A DNA stretch of 64,000 nt. It comes from Octopus sinensis (lineage: Eukaryota). Shown here piece after piece: positions 27,064 to 40,308 of the stretch (positions within the stretch are counted from its first letter, which is position 1; every line of letters starts with the position of its first letter). The stretch spans positions 66,836,001-66,900,000 of the forward strand of contig NC_043008.1 in assembly GCF_006345805.1 (NCBI RefSeq). The letters are read 5' to 3'. The position numbers and the translations under genes were made by a program. The notes beneath the pieces were generated by a model. That model had not been told where the DNA came from. It was given only the letters and a program-made list of their open reading frames with translations, and ran no database searches.

Positions 27064-27470
27064 GAAAGGCGGCGAGCTGACAGAATCGTTAGCACGCCGG
27101 GCGAAATGCTTAGCAGTATTTCGTCTGTCTTTTCGTTCTGAGTTCAAATTCCGCCGAGGTTGACTTTGCCTTTCATCCTTTCGGGGTCGATTAAATAAGC
27201 ACCAGTTACGAACTGAGGTCGATATAATCGACTTAATCCGTTTGTCTGTCCTTGTTTGTCCCTTCTGTGTTTAGCCCCTTGTGGGTAATAAAGAAATAGG
27301 TATTTCGTCTGCCGCTACGTTCTGAGTTCAAATTCCAACGAAGTCGACTTTGCCTTTCATCCTTTTGGGGTCGATAAATAAAGTACCAGTTGGGCACTGG
27401 AGTCGATATAATTGACTGATCCCCTACTCCAAAATTCCAGGCCTTGTACCTATAGTAGAAAGGATTATTG
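27064..27470 (+). mobile_element. Family-B SINE pair
   Basis: Head aaggcggcgagctgacagaatcgttagc, followed by a second body. Confidence 0.8.
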
Positions 27471-27548
27471 GAACAGTAGAATGACGGTGACGGGATTGGC
27501 TTCTTTTTTCTATGCCCCTTCGCGTATCCGATTTCTGAAACAGTGTGT

Positions 27549-27601
<53 letters not shown>

Positions 27602-27992
27602 GGTGACGGAGAGAGAGAAAAGTCGAGTCCAGACTTGACTAGAATTTCATTTATCGTCACCGAGAAATAGAAGGCAAAATTAGTGTCGACAAGATTTGAA
27701 CTCAAAGTGTGGTAAGCTGGAACAAATACAGTAAACCGTTGTAAATGGTCGCAAATCGCAAAAACTCATGGAAATATAATTACCAAATCAGCAACTGCAT
27801 ATTGAAAGTAAAGCTGCATCACCGGATTTCCGACACCATATATTCCAGATTAACCTTTTTGCCGAACCAGAGGTGGTCACCAACGGTCAACACACTAACT
27901 TACTAACTATACACCTCCCGCATTACTTAAGTTTCATGGACTGCGAGAAGTTTAAATTATATGAATATATATATACTTAAATAATATACTTA

Positions 27993-28144
27993 TAGGCGTA
28001 GGAATGGCTGTGTGGTAAGTAGCACGCTTACGAACCACATGGTTCCGGGTTCAGTCCCACAGCGAGGCACCTTGGGCCGACCAAAGCCTTGTGAGTGAGT
28101 AGACGGAAACTGAAAGAAGACCCGTCGTATATATATATATATAT

Positions 28145-28181
<37 letters not shown>

Positions 28182-28405
28182 TGTGTGTGTGTGTGTGTAT
28201 ACGTTTGGGTATCTGTGTTTGTTCCCCCAACATCGCTTGACAACCGATACGGGTGTGTTTACGTCCCTATAACTTAGCGGTTCGGCAAAAGAGCCCGATA
28301 GAAAAGTACTAGGCTTACAAAGAATAAGTCCTTGAATCGATTTGCTCGACTAAAAGCGGTGCTCCAGCATGGCCACAGTCAAATGACCGAAACAAGTGAA
28401 AGAGT
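27993..28405 (+). mobile_element. tRNA-derived SINE (family A) with internal TA/TG microsatellite
   Basis: The head is ggctgtgtggtaag...gggttcagtccc. Related copies lie at about 376-767(-), 23115-23270(-), 23781-24060(+), 49630-49900(+), 57975-58560(-) and 63095-63330(+). Confidence 0.85.
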
Positions 28406-29400
28406 AAATGAAATACACTCCCCTGCACATGAATATAAATGACACTAGTTTATTAATACAGTACTGGGCAAGGTACTGCACTGTATGGAACCTGTATTAA
28501 TGGAGTATGATAAATTAAACAAGATCATTAAATGACAGTTAAATGTCAATTTATTAACTACAACGACTAAAAATTATAGAACTGCTGCTCTGTAATTGAC
28601 AAATTTTAGAATTTTATTAGAACTGGAAAGCTAAATGCGAAGGTCTGAAAGATAAACACTGCCAGGATTACCTTCCGTTTCATGCTTAATCATTTCATCT
28701 TGGAGTTTTGATGCTGTACATAGGAATATCGCGTGCCCTATAGAAGGAACAGGACACATTTTTCTTGACCTTCTTTTCAAAAATTTCATCCAATATGTTT
28801 CATGCATTTTGAGCTTTCTCTGTGTAAATTTTCATGCAACAAAGGTGAGCAGATTAATTAGGTGTTCCACAAAGGCAGTATGTTGCTCTATTTTCTCTTA
28901 AACTGTCTTTCGTTTATTGTGTCTATCACTTCCCCAGAACAGCGTCTATAATTTCTGAGCCTGTACTATGATATACAAGTATTTCTTCATCGATATTCAT
29001 TTACTCTTCCAGGTTTTATTAAAATTATTTACTAAATTCTTGGCAACAGGTCCTGTAACATAAATTTTTTTTTTTTTTTTTTTTTTTTGGCATCCTCAAG
29101 CAACTCAGCAACATTTGATTTCGCCTGTGAGCTACCCAGAAATGAGTCTGGCAGACGCAAGTATTTCAAGTTACTGCTCGTATTTTGTCAGGACTAAAGG
29201 AAGTATCGTTACCAGCATAGACTCGGGAAGGAGGTGCACTTGAACCCGCTAAAATTTGGGGGCGTAATGAAAACGCTTTGAACACCTTCCTGATAAACTT
29301 CATCGGCAAATCGAAGGGACGTAGAAATATATTTGGACTGATCTGAAACATTACTTTTTCATTATTCAATTTATCTGATTTGATTTATGTACAAATAAAT

Positions 29401-29604
29401 ATAAGACAAATGACTGAAAGAGATTGAAATAGAATGCCCTGTAGAGCTCCTACAAAAAGTTTGCCTCTTAGGAACAGTAAGGATTATCAGGAAGGTTCTA
29501 AGCACTTGAAAGATTACTGAAAATCTGTGGATACCTAAAGTTACATGTAGTAACCTTCTACCTACATAAACCCTACCAGGAATAAGACCGAACCTGAGTC
29601 AAAC
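29401..29604 (+). mobile_element. 3' end of a restriction-like-endonuclease non-LTR retrotransposon (Dong/R4-like)
   Basis: Encodes ELLQKVCLLGTVRIIRKVLST*, then a short 3'UTR, then (TAA)n. Confidence 0.6.
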
Positions 29605-29621
29605 TAATAATAATAATAATA

Positions 29622-29657
<36 letters not shown>

Positions 29658-30152
29658 GGTCACAGAAAACGAGAAAGCAACCATACTCTGGGATATACCA
29701 ATACACACAGATAGAGAAATTAAGGCCAATAGGCCAGATATAGTTGTCAGAGATCATGAAGAAAAAAATGCTTTCTGATTGATGTACCAATACCTATTTC
29801 TTTATTACCCACAAGGGGCTAAACATAGAGGGGACAAACAAGGACAGACATAGGTATTATGTCGATTACATCGACCCCAGTGCGTAACTGGTACTTAATT
29901 TATCGACCCCGAAAGGATGAAAGGCAAAGTCGACCTCGGCGGAATTTGAACTCACAACGTAACAGCAGACGAAGTACCGCAAAGCATTTCGCCCGGTGTG
30001 CTAACGCTTCTGCTAGCTCGCCGCCTTTTGATGTACCAATACCAGCAGATGACAACGTTTCTCTAAAAAATATGGAGAAACTTTCAAAATACAAAGACAT
30101 GGAAATAGGGGTAACTCGAATGTGGAATCTAAAAACAGAAACAATTCATATC
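29658..30152 (+). mobile_element. REL endonuclease fragment (Dong/R4-like) interrupted by a SINE
   Basis: Removing 29795-30043 gives TILWDIPIHTDREIKANRPDIVVRDHEEKKCFLIDVPIPADDNVSLKNMEKLSKYKDM, which has the PD..D REL motif. Confidence 0.78.
29795..30027 (-). mobile_element. tRNA-derived SINE (family B) with 16-bp TSD
   Basis: TSD ttgatgtaccaatacc at 29779-29794 and 30028-30043. The head is AAGGCGGCGAGCT and the B box is GAGTTCAAATTCC. Confidence 0.88.
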
Positions 30153-31918
30153 ATTCGGTAAATAGAACTGTACAAATATACGCAATTTTAGTATTTGCTG
30201 CCCAAGTATCTCATTCTATTATGTATGTAGAGATTTCAATTACTCCTTTCTTCAATGCGTTATTTTTATACATACATATGTGTAGAAAAAGTTTATTATT
30301 TACTCAACATTCTATTAATCGGTTCATGGAAATTCCGCGGCCCCGCTAGTTATTGTATTTATTATTATGCCTTTTTTGTATTTCGATATTAAGACAGAAA
30401 AAAATTTACCTAGCTTGTAAAATACTTTGTACCTAGATTTGCACTTATGGTTGGCTGAAATTCAGGGCTGAACTTGCATATTTATCTGAGTGTATTGCCG
30501 GTAAACTGTTGCCATTTCTGTGTGGAAGTGAGAGATGGCCCCTTTCAATTACATTTGAGACTCTAAATAAAAGGATTCCATACATTAAAAACCTCTCAGA
30601 ACGATTAAATTAACTTAAAAAAGGAACAAATATTAATTAAACCTCATTGAGAGACGATAAAGACGGGTCTGAAATTTAAGGTGGTTTAAACTGATAAGGG
30701 TCTGTTCTGAAAATGAAACGAAATGACAAGAAAACAAACAAATATTTATTGACCTTCGTTAAGAAACGGGGGTTGCAAAAGAGAAGAGAGGGAGGAACAG
30801 AGATAGATAGATAGATGAAATGATATGAGAGGCGGTGAGAGGTACTTATTTGTTGTTTTTGTGCTGTTATAGATGCATTTTCATATACCTCGTCATGACA
30901 TTTTGCTTGTAATCTTTTCTCAGAACTTTTTAAAGATACAGCGGATAGCGTTGACACCGCCTTTCGTTACACCACGTCGCTTTTCAATGCATTACCTAAT
31001 AGTTGCTCTCTACTAAGCGTCTCAAAAGGCAACAAATTTTAATTAAATTTCATTGAGAAAGGATAAAAACGTAACTGAAGAGAAATGTGGAATTACTGAT
31101 AAGGGTTTGTACGAAAATTGAAATAAAATCATCATAAAACTGGGAGCGCAAGTATTATTATTAAGAGTGGAGATGACAGGGGAAAATGCTCAATGAAAAC
31201 ATAGTAAGGATTTCATGGAAAAATGAAAATTATTATGTCGGACTTTTTTTTTGGAAATGAAATACGATATTGGTGAAACGTAAAAGAAAGGTGTTATCAT
31301 TTTAAATGGCCTTATTTGGAAAAGAGGTTAATTAATAAACAAGAAGAATTTCAATGAAAAGTAGAAATTTTCATGTGAAAAAAAAATGCGTCTGAGGATT
31401 GATGTTCGGAAATGAGGAAATACCGTTTTATTTTTTTTGAAGAAAGACATGGAAATTTACTAATGAAATTCTGATAGTAAGAAGTAATGACTAAAATGAT
31501 TATAAGAAAATATAAAATGGTAATGTTATAGGATATTCACCAACGATTTCCACAAATGTACTTACACTATGTATGGCAATGAATTGTGTAAACCTTGAAG
31601 AAATTATGTGAAGTACGAGAGAAAATACCTCCTGTGCACACTCGTTTGTAATGTTCAAGCTGGGCAACGACCGCTAATTGGCAAATTAATCTTGTACTAG
31701 CTTTCAGTTATGGTTATAAATATAAACTTGTTTTCTTGACGACCTATTAACTCAGTCACTCACAGCATATGTTGCTTTATTTCATATTTGAAATTCATTT
31801 TCGATGCGATAGTTGCAGAAATCCTTCTTGTTAATTAATGAATTAGACAAGACTTCCACCCGCTACCAAAAAAAAAACCCACCCTTAAATTTATTTTTTC
31901 GACACAACCGCCCCCTCC

Positions 31919-32375
31919 TTTTCGGCTACGGGGAATACGAATCTACAAAAAATCGGCAAAAATCGACATTTCTAAATTACCCCCCCCCCCATTTCCTTCA
32001 TTTTTAACTTTTTTCACAATTTTTTTTTCTTTCAAAATATGCGGAAAAATACGGAGATTATGATTGTGAAAAAAATTTCCAAAAATCTTTGTAAAATATT
32101 TTTTCAAGAATTTTTTATTTTTTCTAAATATGCCGAAAAATACGAATATCATGATTCGGACAAACATTTCAAAATATTTCTGTACTTACGGTTACGGTTT
32201 TAGGGTTAGGGTTGAGGTTTTAGGGTTAGGGTTAGGGTTAGGGATTTAGGTTTAGGGTTAGGATTTTAGGATTAGTGTTGAGGTAAAAAGTCAAAATTGA
32301 AGAAGTTGGGGGAAAGGGGAGAAAATTTCACAATGCCGATTTTTGCCAATTTTCCGGAACCTCCGTATCCGAAAA
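31919..32375. mobile_element. TIR-bounded element containing degenerate (TTAGGG)n
   Basis: The imperfect IR ttttcggctacgggg..aaaatcggcaaaaatcgacatt / aatgccgatttttgccaatttt..ctccgtatccgaaaa flanks tagggttagg repeats at 32186-32282. Confidence 0.6.
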
Positions 32376-33988
32376 CGGTGATTTTTGACAAAGAAATTCA
32401 CAAAAATAAACAAATTTGGGATAAAGTGTGCGGAAGTTTTTCCATGAATTACTTCGAACTGAGATTGTCCAAATGAAATTTTAAAATTGGTATGCCTCTT
32501 CTAGTTGCTATATATAGCTTGATAGGGCTGTGGAATTTCTCTTGATTCCAAATTTAAAGGTGGAATTGTCATTCGTGTATAAGGTCTTAAAGGATCTTAT
32601 ATCCATAACTATGAATAATGTTATGAGATCCATATTTTGGGAATACGGAAAATCGCACCAGCCTCATACACATTTGCTTCGGGATTACATTTATGATCAA
32701 GAGTACACAATTCTACCTTTTTTTTCAGTGACATAGTTGGTTATCTCAGTATTTGCGTATAGGTCAATATTCATTGATAGTGTCTAACTATTAATACATT
32801 CATGTGGACACTTGGTGCTTATTTACTAAAAGTATGTAAGGGTTCTGTACGGTTAATATTTGCAACGACATCACGAAAGCTAGGAAATCAACTAAAGGTC
32901 ACTTGGATGTCCTAACGATTAAATAGCTTATGCAGTTTATTGCCGATGGGGAAATGTTTTGAAATTAAATTTATTGAGTTAACTAAGAGTTTACATTGTG
33001 GTTGAGGCAGGAGTTTAAACAAGATGACATTTTATTCTTGTTTTGTTGTCTCTAGTTTTCTTCGCTCATAAGTTACACCTTTAAGTAACAATTGCTTTCT
33101 TTTATCCTTCAAACCTTTCTTTATGTCTGTAGTAAGTCACTTAGTTTAAAGATATATTAGAAATTTATACCTTTCTGTTTTTGACTAGATTCTTGAAAAT
33201 AATAAAGAAAAGTTGTTAAAATGTCTGTTGATATGACCGAGTCTTTTCATAGGGTATTTTATAGGCCATATAATTGTCTAACTTAATCGAAGTTGATATT
33301 TAAAAAAATTGACTACGTTTATAGTGGTCAATACAGTGAATATTTCCTAATCTAAACTTGCATCCTTTAATATTGTCTGACATAGCCAAGCCATCGTTTC
33401 TGTACAACCCTATATCTTCAGTAAATCTCCCTTTAAGTATGAAAATGATGTATTTTTATTTTATATTGAATATTGAGAACACCAACGTTGTTGGCTACAG
33501 ATTATGTCGTTGGACAAGTCACTGCATTCACGATGGTGAGAATGAGACACGATAATCAGATTCTCATTGAAAAGAAATTGTCTAACGATTTCCTTCACTG
33601 TTGATTACAATTTTTGCCGGAATACTTCGCCAGAAACATACAAACATATACATAAAAATATACATACGTATATATGTGTATTTATGTGCGTATGTATGTA
33701 TAAAACAAGACAAAAACGAACGGATATTTCAGGGCATCACTACACGTGTTCCAGTAGTGTGGCTATTCCAAATACGAATACTATTGCATTACATAAGTAA
33801 CATCACTGTTCTATATTTAAGAGATGAGGAATTATGTACATTATTTACATTTGATGGACAGTTCTCATCTTTTTTGTTGTTAACACAAAAAAGACGAGTT
33901 GATATACACTCCAGGTATCTTGGGGAAATTTCGAACCTTTTTCAATCTTATCATTAACTATCATTATTATTATTATTGTTGTTGTTGT

Positions 33989-34068
33989 TCAGGTCACTGC
34001 GTGGAATCGAACTCGGGATCTCGGGGTTAGTAGTCCCCGCTCTTAACCACTACGCCATATGCCCGTGA
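33989..34068 (-). mobile_element. Short tRNA-like SINE
   Basis: A box tggcgtagtgg, B box gagttcgattcc and an (AAC/AAT)n tail. The acceptor stem is not cleanly paired, so this is not called as a tRNA gene. Confidence 0.65.
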
Positions 34069-34084
34069 GCAATTATGGAGCGAA

Positions 34085-34429
34085 TTATAGGGCGTATAAA
34101 GCTAATATTTTCCTATCCTTCCTTAATACCGGTTCCCACATGCTATTCATATCTGCACTCAGTCTGCTTAAGAGGTTGTTGCGTCCTAGCATATGTGCTG
34201 CTTCTTTTAGTTTTCGTATTTTCCAGTGGTGTTCTATGTCTATTATTCTAACTTCATCCCACAGGGGGAGGTGGTTTCCATTTTTCCATACATGATCAGC
34301 TATACCCGATTTATCAATGTCTCCTCGTGTCACAGCTTTGCGATGTTCCTCTATCTTTATTTTGAGGGGACGGCATGTTTCGCCTTTGTATAACCTACCA
34401 CAGCTGCTTGGGATGCAGTCTTTGGTCAT
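34085..34429 (-). mobile_element. Penelope-like element, GIY-YIG endonuclease remnant
   Basis: CIPSSCGRLYKGETCRPLKIKIEEHRK...SGIADHVW...KLKEA matches the PLE GIY-YIG pattern IPCxCGxxYxGETxRxLxxRxxEH. The N-terminal motif is partly deleted. Confidence 0.85.
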
Positions 34430-34959
34430 ATTCTCTTCTATTCGTAGTTTTACTCGAAGGAGATATTTGCTTTGTTTACAACGTATTGCTCGTTGGAACG
34501 GACTCTGGCCATCTCTCTGGCGACCAGATGTTCGCGACTGTATACGAGCAAACTAGCTCGAAATTGAGTCCGTCTCGCGATCCTCTCGTCTGCTGGAGGG
34601 TAGTAGCGGTTCGCTCCCCTGCAGGTAAAATATAGATATACAGTGAGCAATGTTGTACCAATAACCAGATGACAGAAGATCTGTGTGGAATTAAAGAGTT
34701 AAACTAGTTACAACATGGAACATCAACTTTGATGTGGCGATTAACTTTACTTTATATATATATATATAGGGTGTCCCAAAAGTATGATGGGTTTCAATTT
34801 GTAATAACTTCCTTAACTTTACGAATAAATGCATGAAATTTTGATAAAATATAAAGGACATAATGGAAATTAATATGTAGAAGTCAAATTTTGCAACACC
34901 ACTACATTACATATGAAAAATGATATCACTCAAATAGCAGCCATTTCGGCTGTGCTGGC

Positions 34960-35140
34960 TGGCAGAAGGAACATGTATCACAGTATGAACTCTTTTGACA
35001 TGCCTTTTTAATCCTCCAACTGAGAGGCACACCTTTCCACAGGTTGCACATGTTCTTTTGTGAACAATAGCCATATCACAATTTACCATGGGTCGATTCC
35101 AATGAGTTCTCTGATGGTTGACCAGACCCGTATGACTCAA
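34960..35140 (-). mobile_element. C2H2-finger C-terminus of a LINE (RTE-like) remnant
   Basis: CATCGKVCLSVGGLKRHVKRVH lies between TE fragments and has no splice context. Confidence 0.45.
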
Positions 35141-35175
35141 TCACATCCTACCACAGATCACACACACAAAAAGTA

Positions 35176-35400
35176 TTGGGTTGGTGCATAATTATTGAGG
35201 CTTTTTTTTTTCAATAAATTCTATTCAACAAAAAACATCTTTAAATCATTATTTCGGAGCATATTCACCATCTACTTTAATTACTGCTTTCCATTTGCTT
35301 GGCAGACGGTCAGACCGTCATATAAAGATGTTTTTGTTAAACATTGTTACTGTTTTTGTTGAATAAAATTTGTTGGGGGGAAAAAAGCCGCAATAATTAT
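35176..35400. mobile_element. Mariner-derived MITE
   Basis: Left end ta|ttgggttggtgcataattattgaggc; partial right TIR gccgcaataattat. Confidence 0.6.
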
Positions 35401-35812
35401 ATATATACATTCACACTGTTCATACAGATTTTCAAACAGATGTTCATACGTATAAAACCATGTATTTAGGTTTCTTGTAAAGCGTCATTTAGAAGTGAAG
35501 TGTGTGTATGTGTGTACGTGCGTACGCACGCACTTATTGTGCGTGCAAAAGTGTCTATGTAGTGCAGCATGCAGTCCAGCGCGTTGCAGTGCATTGTGAT
35601 TTGGTGTCGCTGCAGGATATGATGTCGTATGCGACTTATACAAAAAGTAGTACATGCATAAATTTCTGTTTGAACTACTGGTTTTGGTGTTCGTAGCGGT
35701 GGTGGTGGTGGCGAGTTGTTTGCGATGGTGGTGATGGTCGTGATAGTGTTGGTCATGGTGTTGGTGTTGTTGGTTGTGATGGTGGTGATAGTGCTAATGA
35801 TGATGATGAAGG

Positions 35813-35858
<46 letters not shown>

Positions 35859-36106
35859 GGTGGTGGTGGTGACACATATTCAGTTTTCTCACAATATCTG
35901 AAAGAATTCCACTCTTGAAGGCAAATTATTTCAACATTAATATTTCAGCCGACAATAATGGACTCTCATCATCTCTCACTCTCTCTTACTCTCACTCTCT
36001 CTCTCTCACACACACACTCTCTCACTCTCACTCTTTCATTCTCACTCTCTCTCTCATACACACACACATACATACAGACACAAGCACACATACATTTATA
36101 TATGTA

Positions 36107-36137
<31 letters not shown>

Positions 36138-36190
36138 CTGGATATACACACAGATGTATAAGTGTATATATATATATGTATGTATGTATA

Positions 36191-36263
<73 letters not shown>

Positions 36264-36278
36264 ATATATATGTATATG

Positions 36279-36311
<33 letters not shown>

Positions 36312-36359
36312 GTATAGACATGTCATATGTATATGTACACACACACACACATATATGTG

Positions 36360-36420
<61 letters not shown>

Positions 36421-36441
36421 AGACATATGTCATATGTATTG

Positions 36442-36489
<48 letters not shown>

Positions 36490-37022
36490 CGATTGTGCGT
36501 CCATATAAATGCATCATACATTTGCAGATAGCTCCCAGCTTTTCAAGAAAAAGCAATTTCAATTATAGATGCGTAACCTACCTATGCATATTTTTGTGTA
36601 CAGAGTAATACATATGTATATGTATGTGGTGACGGTGGTGGTGGTGGTGGTGGTGGTGGGGCAAATATGCAAATGTAAACGTGGTTATGATAAATGTTAC
36701 TCTGATAAGCAATAAAACTGACTGAATTATTTATTTACTAAAATAATTCTGTGATATTTTACTTAACGTATCTTAGTTCCTCCATTTATATCAACTGAAT
36801 ACTCTGTTATTAAGAGTCATACGTTCAGATAATGTTACGCGCGCGCGCACTGGTGTCTAGCTGCAGGGTTGTATATTCTTTGAATGTGGGACTGAATGGT
36901 TTTGGATCGCCGGGCTCCAGAATCATACAAGGGCCTCACATTGCATCAGTATTGACTCATTTCAATGATTCTTTCGTGTAATGGCTTTGTTCGTATATGA
37001 GAAAGCAACTAAAATGTATGTA

Positions 37023-37531
37023 TCGTAGATCCTCGAGTATAGTCCGCCCTTGAGTATAATACGCAGGGGATTTTTCGAGGGCTGTACCTCTGAAAAACCT
37101 AAACCTTATGTATAATACGCACCCCTTCTCTACTTGAGTCGTGCATAATTAAGCCAGCAGCACCAAGTCGAACAAACTCTTCTGCGCATGCGTAATACAA
37201 TGATAGTGATGTTCTTAACTGTTATACGGGAATGTAAATATGCTTGCAAATTGTTTTTCTTACATGTTATTCTGTGTTCTGAATACTTTTATTTTAATAA
37301 ATGTTGCTTACTGCAAGATATGGATGATTCCTGTATGACTTCAGTGCTTTCAGGCTTAGCTTAAGGTATTTTCGCGCCCGACATCACAAAATGCGTCTGA
37401 ATAAACATTGCCGGACAACAAATAGAGACTCGGACATTGATAGAAAATAATTTTCCTTTTTAACCTCGTATATAGGATTTTGACCTTTAAATTTTGGAGT
37501 AAAAATGCGGATTATACTCGAGGATTTACGG
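37023..37531. mobile_element. Tc1/mariner-pogo-like MITE
   Basis: TIRs tcgtagatcctcgagtata and tatactcgaggatttacgg with a TA TSD, plus internal gagtataatacgca-like repeats. Confidence 0.8.
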
Positions 37532-37786
37532 TATGTATGTATGGATGTATGTATGTATGTATGTATGTATGTTTGTATTATATGGAAACAACTAGACAGA
37601 TCAGAAGGAATTAAAGATTGTCGTTGGTGAAGTCGCGATTGGCAAGGCAAAGATTTTTTCAAACCAACTTACTGATTTATTGATCAAACGACTGATTAAG
37701 CAATCGATTAGTTAACTGGTTAAATAATAATAATAATATTAATAATAATAATAATAATAATGATGATGATGATGACGATAATCATG

Positions 37787-37835
<49 letters not shown>

Positions 37836-38148
37836 GATAGTAGATATCTAATAGTAGATAATTTGCATTCTTTCTTGTTTTCAGTGTAAGCGGGGGTGGG
37901 GGAAGGCTCTTGCTTTTGATATCCCGATGTATATCATACATTGTATTCGAAGAGTTAAAATTAAAGATTTTCTTAGCTAGTCTAAATGAATTACGTATTT
38001 TTTTAAAATTTTAAAGCGATGTGTTTGTATGCTGTAACGACATTTAAAAGAATTAGAAGTTAGACTATGTCTCGTATTAACGAGTATTCGTTGCTGTAAT
38101 GACGCTACACATATAGATAACGTTGCCTGTCAAACAGTTGCTCTAAAG

Positions 38149-38475
38149 CAGTGGTTCTCAACCGGGGGCCCATATGAACCTTAAGGCTCCATATCAGATT
38201 TGGGGGAGGGGTCCACATTAGTAAAATACTAAATTGGGTTCACAGTATTATTTTTAAGGGTCCATGAAAACTTTTGATATAGATGTATTTGTTGCATGAA
38301 ACATCTAGTTTCCTTTCTGTAACATTTTACAAAGTTCAAGTGAATGTGTGGTGAACAAAATGGGTATTTTGAAAGCAGTATCTATAAAATTAGTTTCCAA
38401 ACATTAAATAGGGACCCATCTGAATAAAATAGTAATCAAAGGAGTCCATAGATAAAAAGTGGTTGAGTACTACTG
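38149..38475. mobile_element. hAT-like MITE followed by a 67-bp tandem duplication
   Basis: TIRs cagtggttctcaacc and ggttgagtactactg, with an imperfect 8-bp TSD (ctctaaag/ctctgaac). 38466-38532 is repeated at 38533-38600. Confidence 0.72.
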
Positions 38476-39355
38476 CTCTGAACGACAAGTAGGAGTCGTT
38501 CTACAGTTACAATGCAAGACGGTATTTTGTAAAGTACTACTGCTCTGAAAGGACAAGTAGGAGTCGTTCTACAGTTACAATGCAAGACAGTATCTTGTAA
38601 AGTTAATTCATGTTTATATAGGTCTGAAGTTTCTACCTTAGAAAGAATAGTTTTGCTACTACCTACACTATCTTCTTGTTCACTACTGATTTAACATTCA
38701 GTATTAGATTTACTAACATCACTGCGTATGTTGGAATATTGCAAAGAGTTTGAATTCGTGTGTATTATTGTTATGTTACAGTTATTATTATTGCAAATTT
38801 ATTTCGATATTTTAACTAAGTGTACAGAAATGTCATCTTTTATATCATGTCCATTAATTAAGTTACCATAAGTTTTATTACTCTTGTGAAGTATGGTAGT
38901 ACTACAGTTATTGGCATGTGCTTTGTATTTTTGTTATTGTTTTCTACATTCTGAATCTCACCCACTATGGTGCTATGCAGACAAGTAGGATATATCAGAG
39001 ATTTTACTATGTGTGTGACCGTATATATATTTTTATTATATTTATTCATTTTAGATGGGTTAGTATTTTTATAATATCTGTTAAATTTAGTGTAGTAGAG
39101 AAAGAAAATTTAACCGTGTACTTGTTAAAAATCTAGTGATATTTGTGGCTAGGAGGAAAGTTCCCATTCAATATATTAAGGAAAACTTCATTTACACACA
39201 AACGCACATATATATGCATGTATGTATGTATGTATGTATGTATGTATGTATGTATGTATGTATGTATGTATGTATGTATGTTTTACGTATGTATATATAT
39301 GTATATATATATATATATATATTATGTCAGGTCACGTATGTATATATATATTATG

Positions 39356-39780
39356 TCAGGTCACTTTCGAGTGCTACTGGTAACATGTAACCCAGTACAA
39401 CCTGTTGCATGGTAGGGTCGTCGGCAACTAAACCGGCAACCCCACCAAGCTTGCTTGGTGAGGAAGGTGTTTATTGGACACCCTGCGGGATGAAAAACAA
39501 AACCCGTCAAAGGGCGGAGGAACTCTTGAGAGTCAACGGCCATCCAATAAATGTCTTAACGCGGTATCATGCGCAGGGACATAGAAATAATCGGACTGAA
39601 TACCCGATCGCGCAGTTAAACCATTGGGAGTGAAGGACTCCTAGCCTTTGTTAGGGCATCCTTTAGGAGAAGGTAACTCAGGTAACTGGGATAACTCCGA
39701 CATAAAACCTGCAGCTCAGTGGTTACCGATGATGTTGACTTGGTCTTCTTTTCGGATTATGGCTGCTGTTGTTTAGTGAG
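39356..39780 (+). mobile_element. Probable RTE-type LINE 5' UTR fragment
   Basis: The motif tagggcatcctttaggagaaggtaactc...cataaaacct resembles RTE 5' UTRs. No ORF follows. Confidence 0.5.
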
Positions 39781-39902
39781 TGGGATTAACTCGGTGCACA
39801 GCCTTTCCTCACTTTAAAAAAATATTCTTGCACAGGCATTGCACGATAACAACATTGATTAAGCTTCGTGCAATTGCCATACTCGATAACGAGGGGGCAG
39901 CC

Positions 39903-39963
<61 letters not shown>

Positions 39964-39992
<29 letters not shown>

Positions 39993-40114
39993 TGTATGAA
40001 ATTTCACTTTAGCATAGTGATAGTAATAACCAGTTGTTAGAAGTCAATATACTCATGCTTCAGAGTAAAACACCGGGTGAATATAAAGCTTTTACACATA
40101 CATACAAACATGCA

Positions 40115-40209
<95 letters not shown>

Positions 40210-40240
40210 GTATATATATATACGTATATATATATACGTA

Positions 40241-40308
<68 letters not shown>

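Noticed and set aside
32186-32282. True telomere or fusion site
   Set aside because: The tract is short, degenerate, in one orientation and enclosed by inverted repeats.
33700-33960. Possible PLE pLTR remnant beside the GIY-YIG ORF
   Set aside because: No HHR core is recognisable in this copy and the boundaries are unclear.
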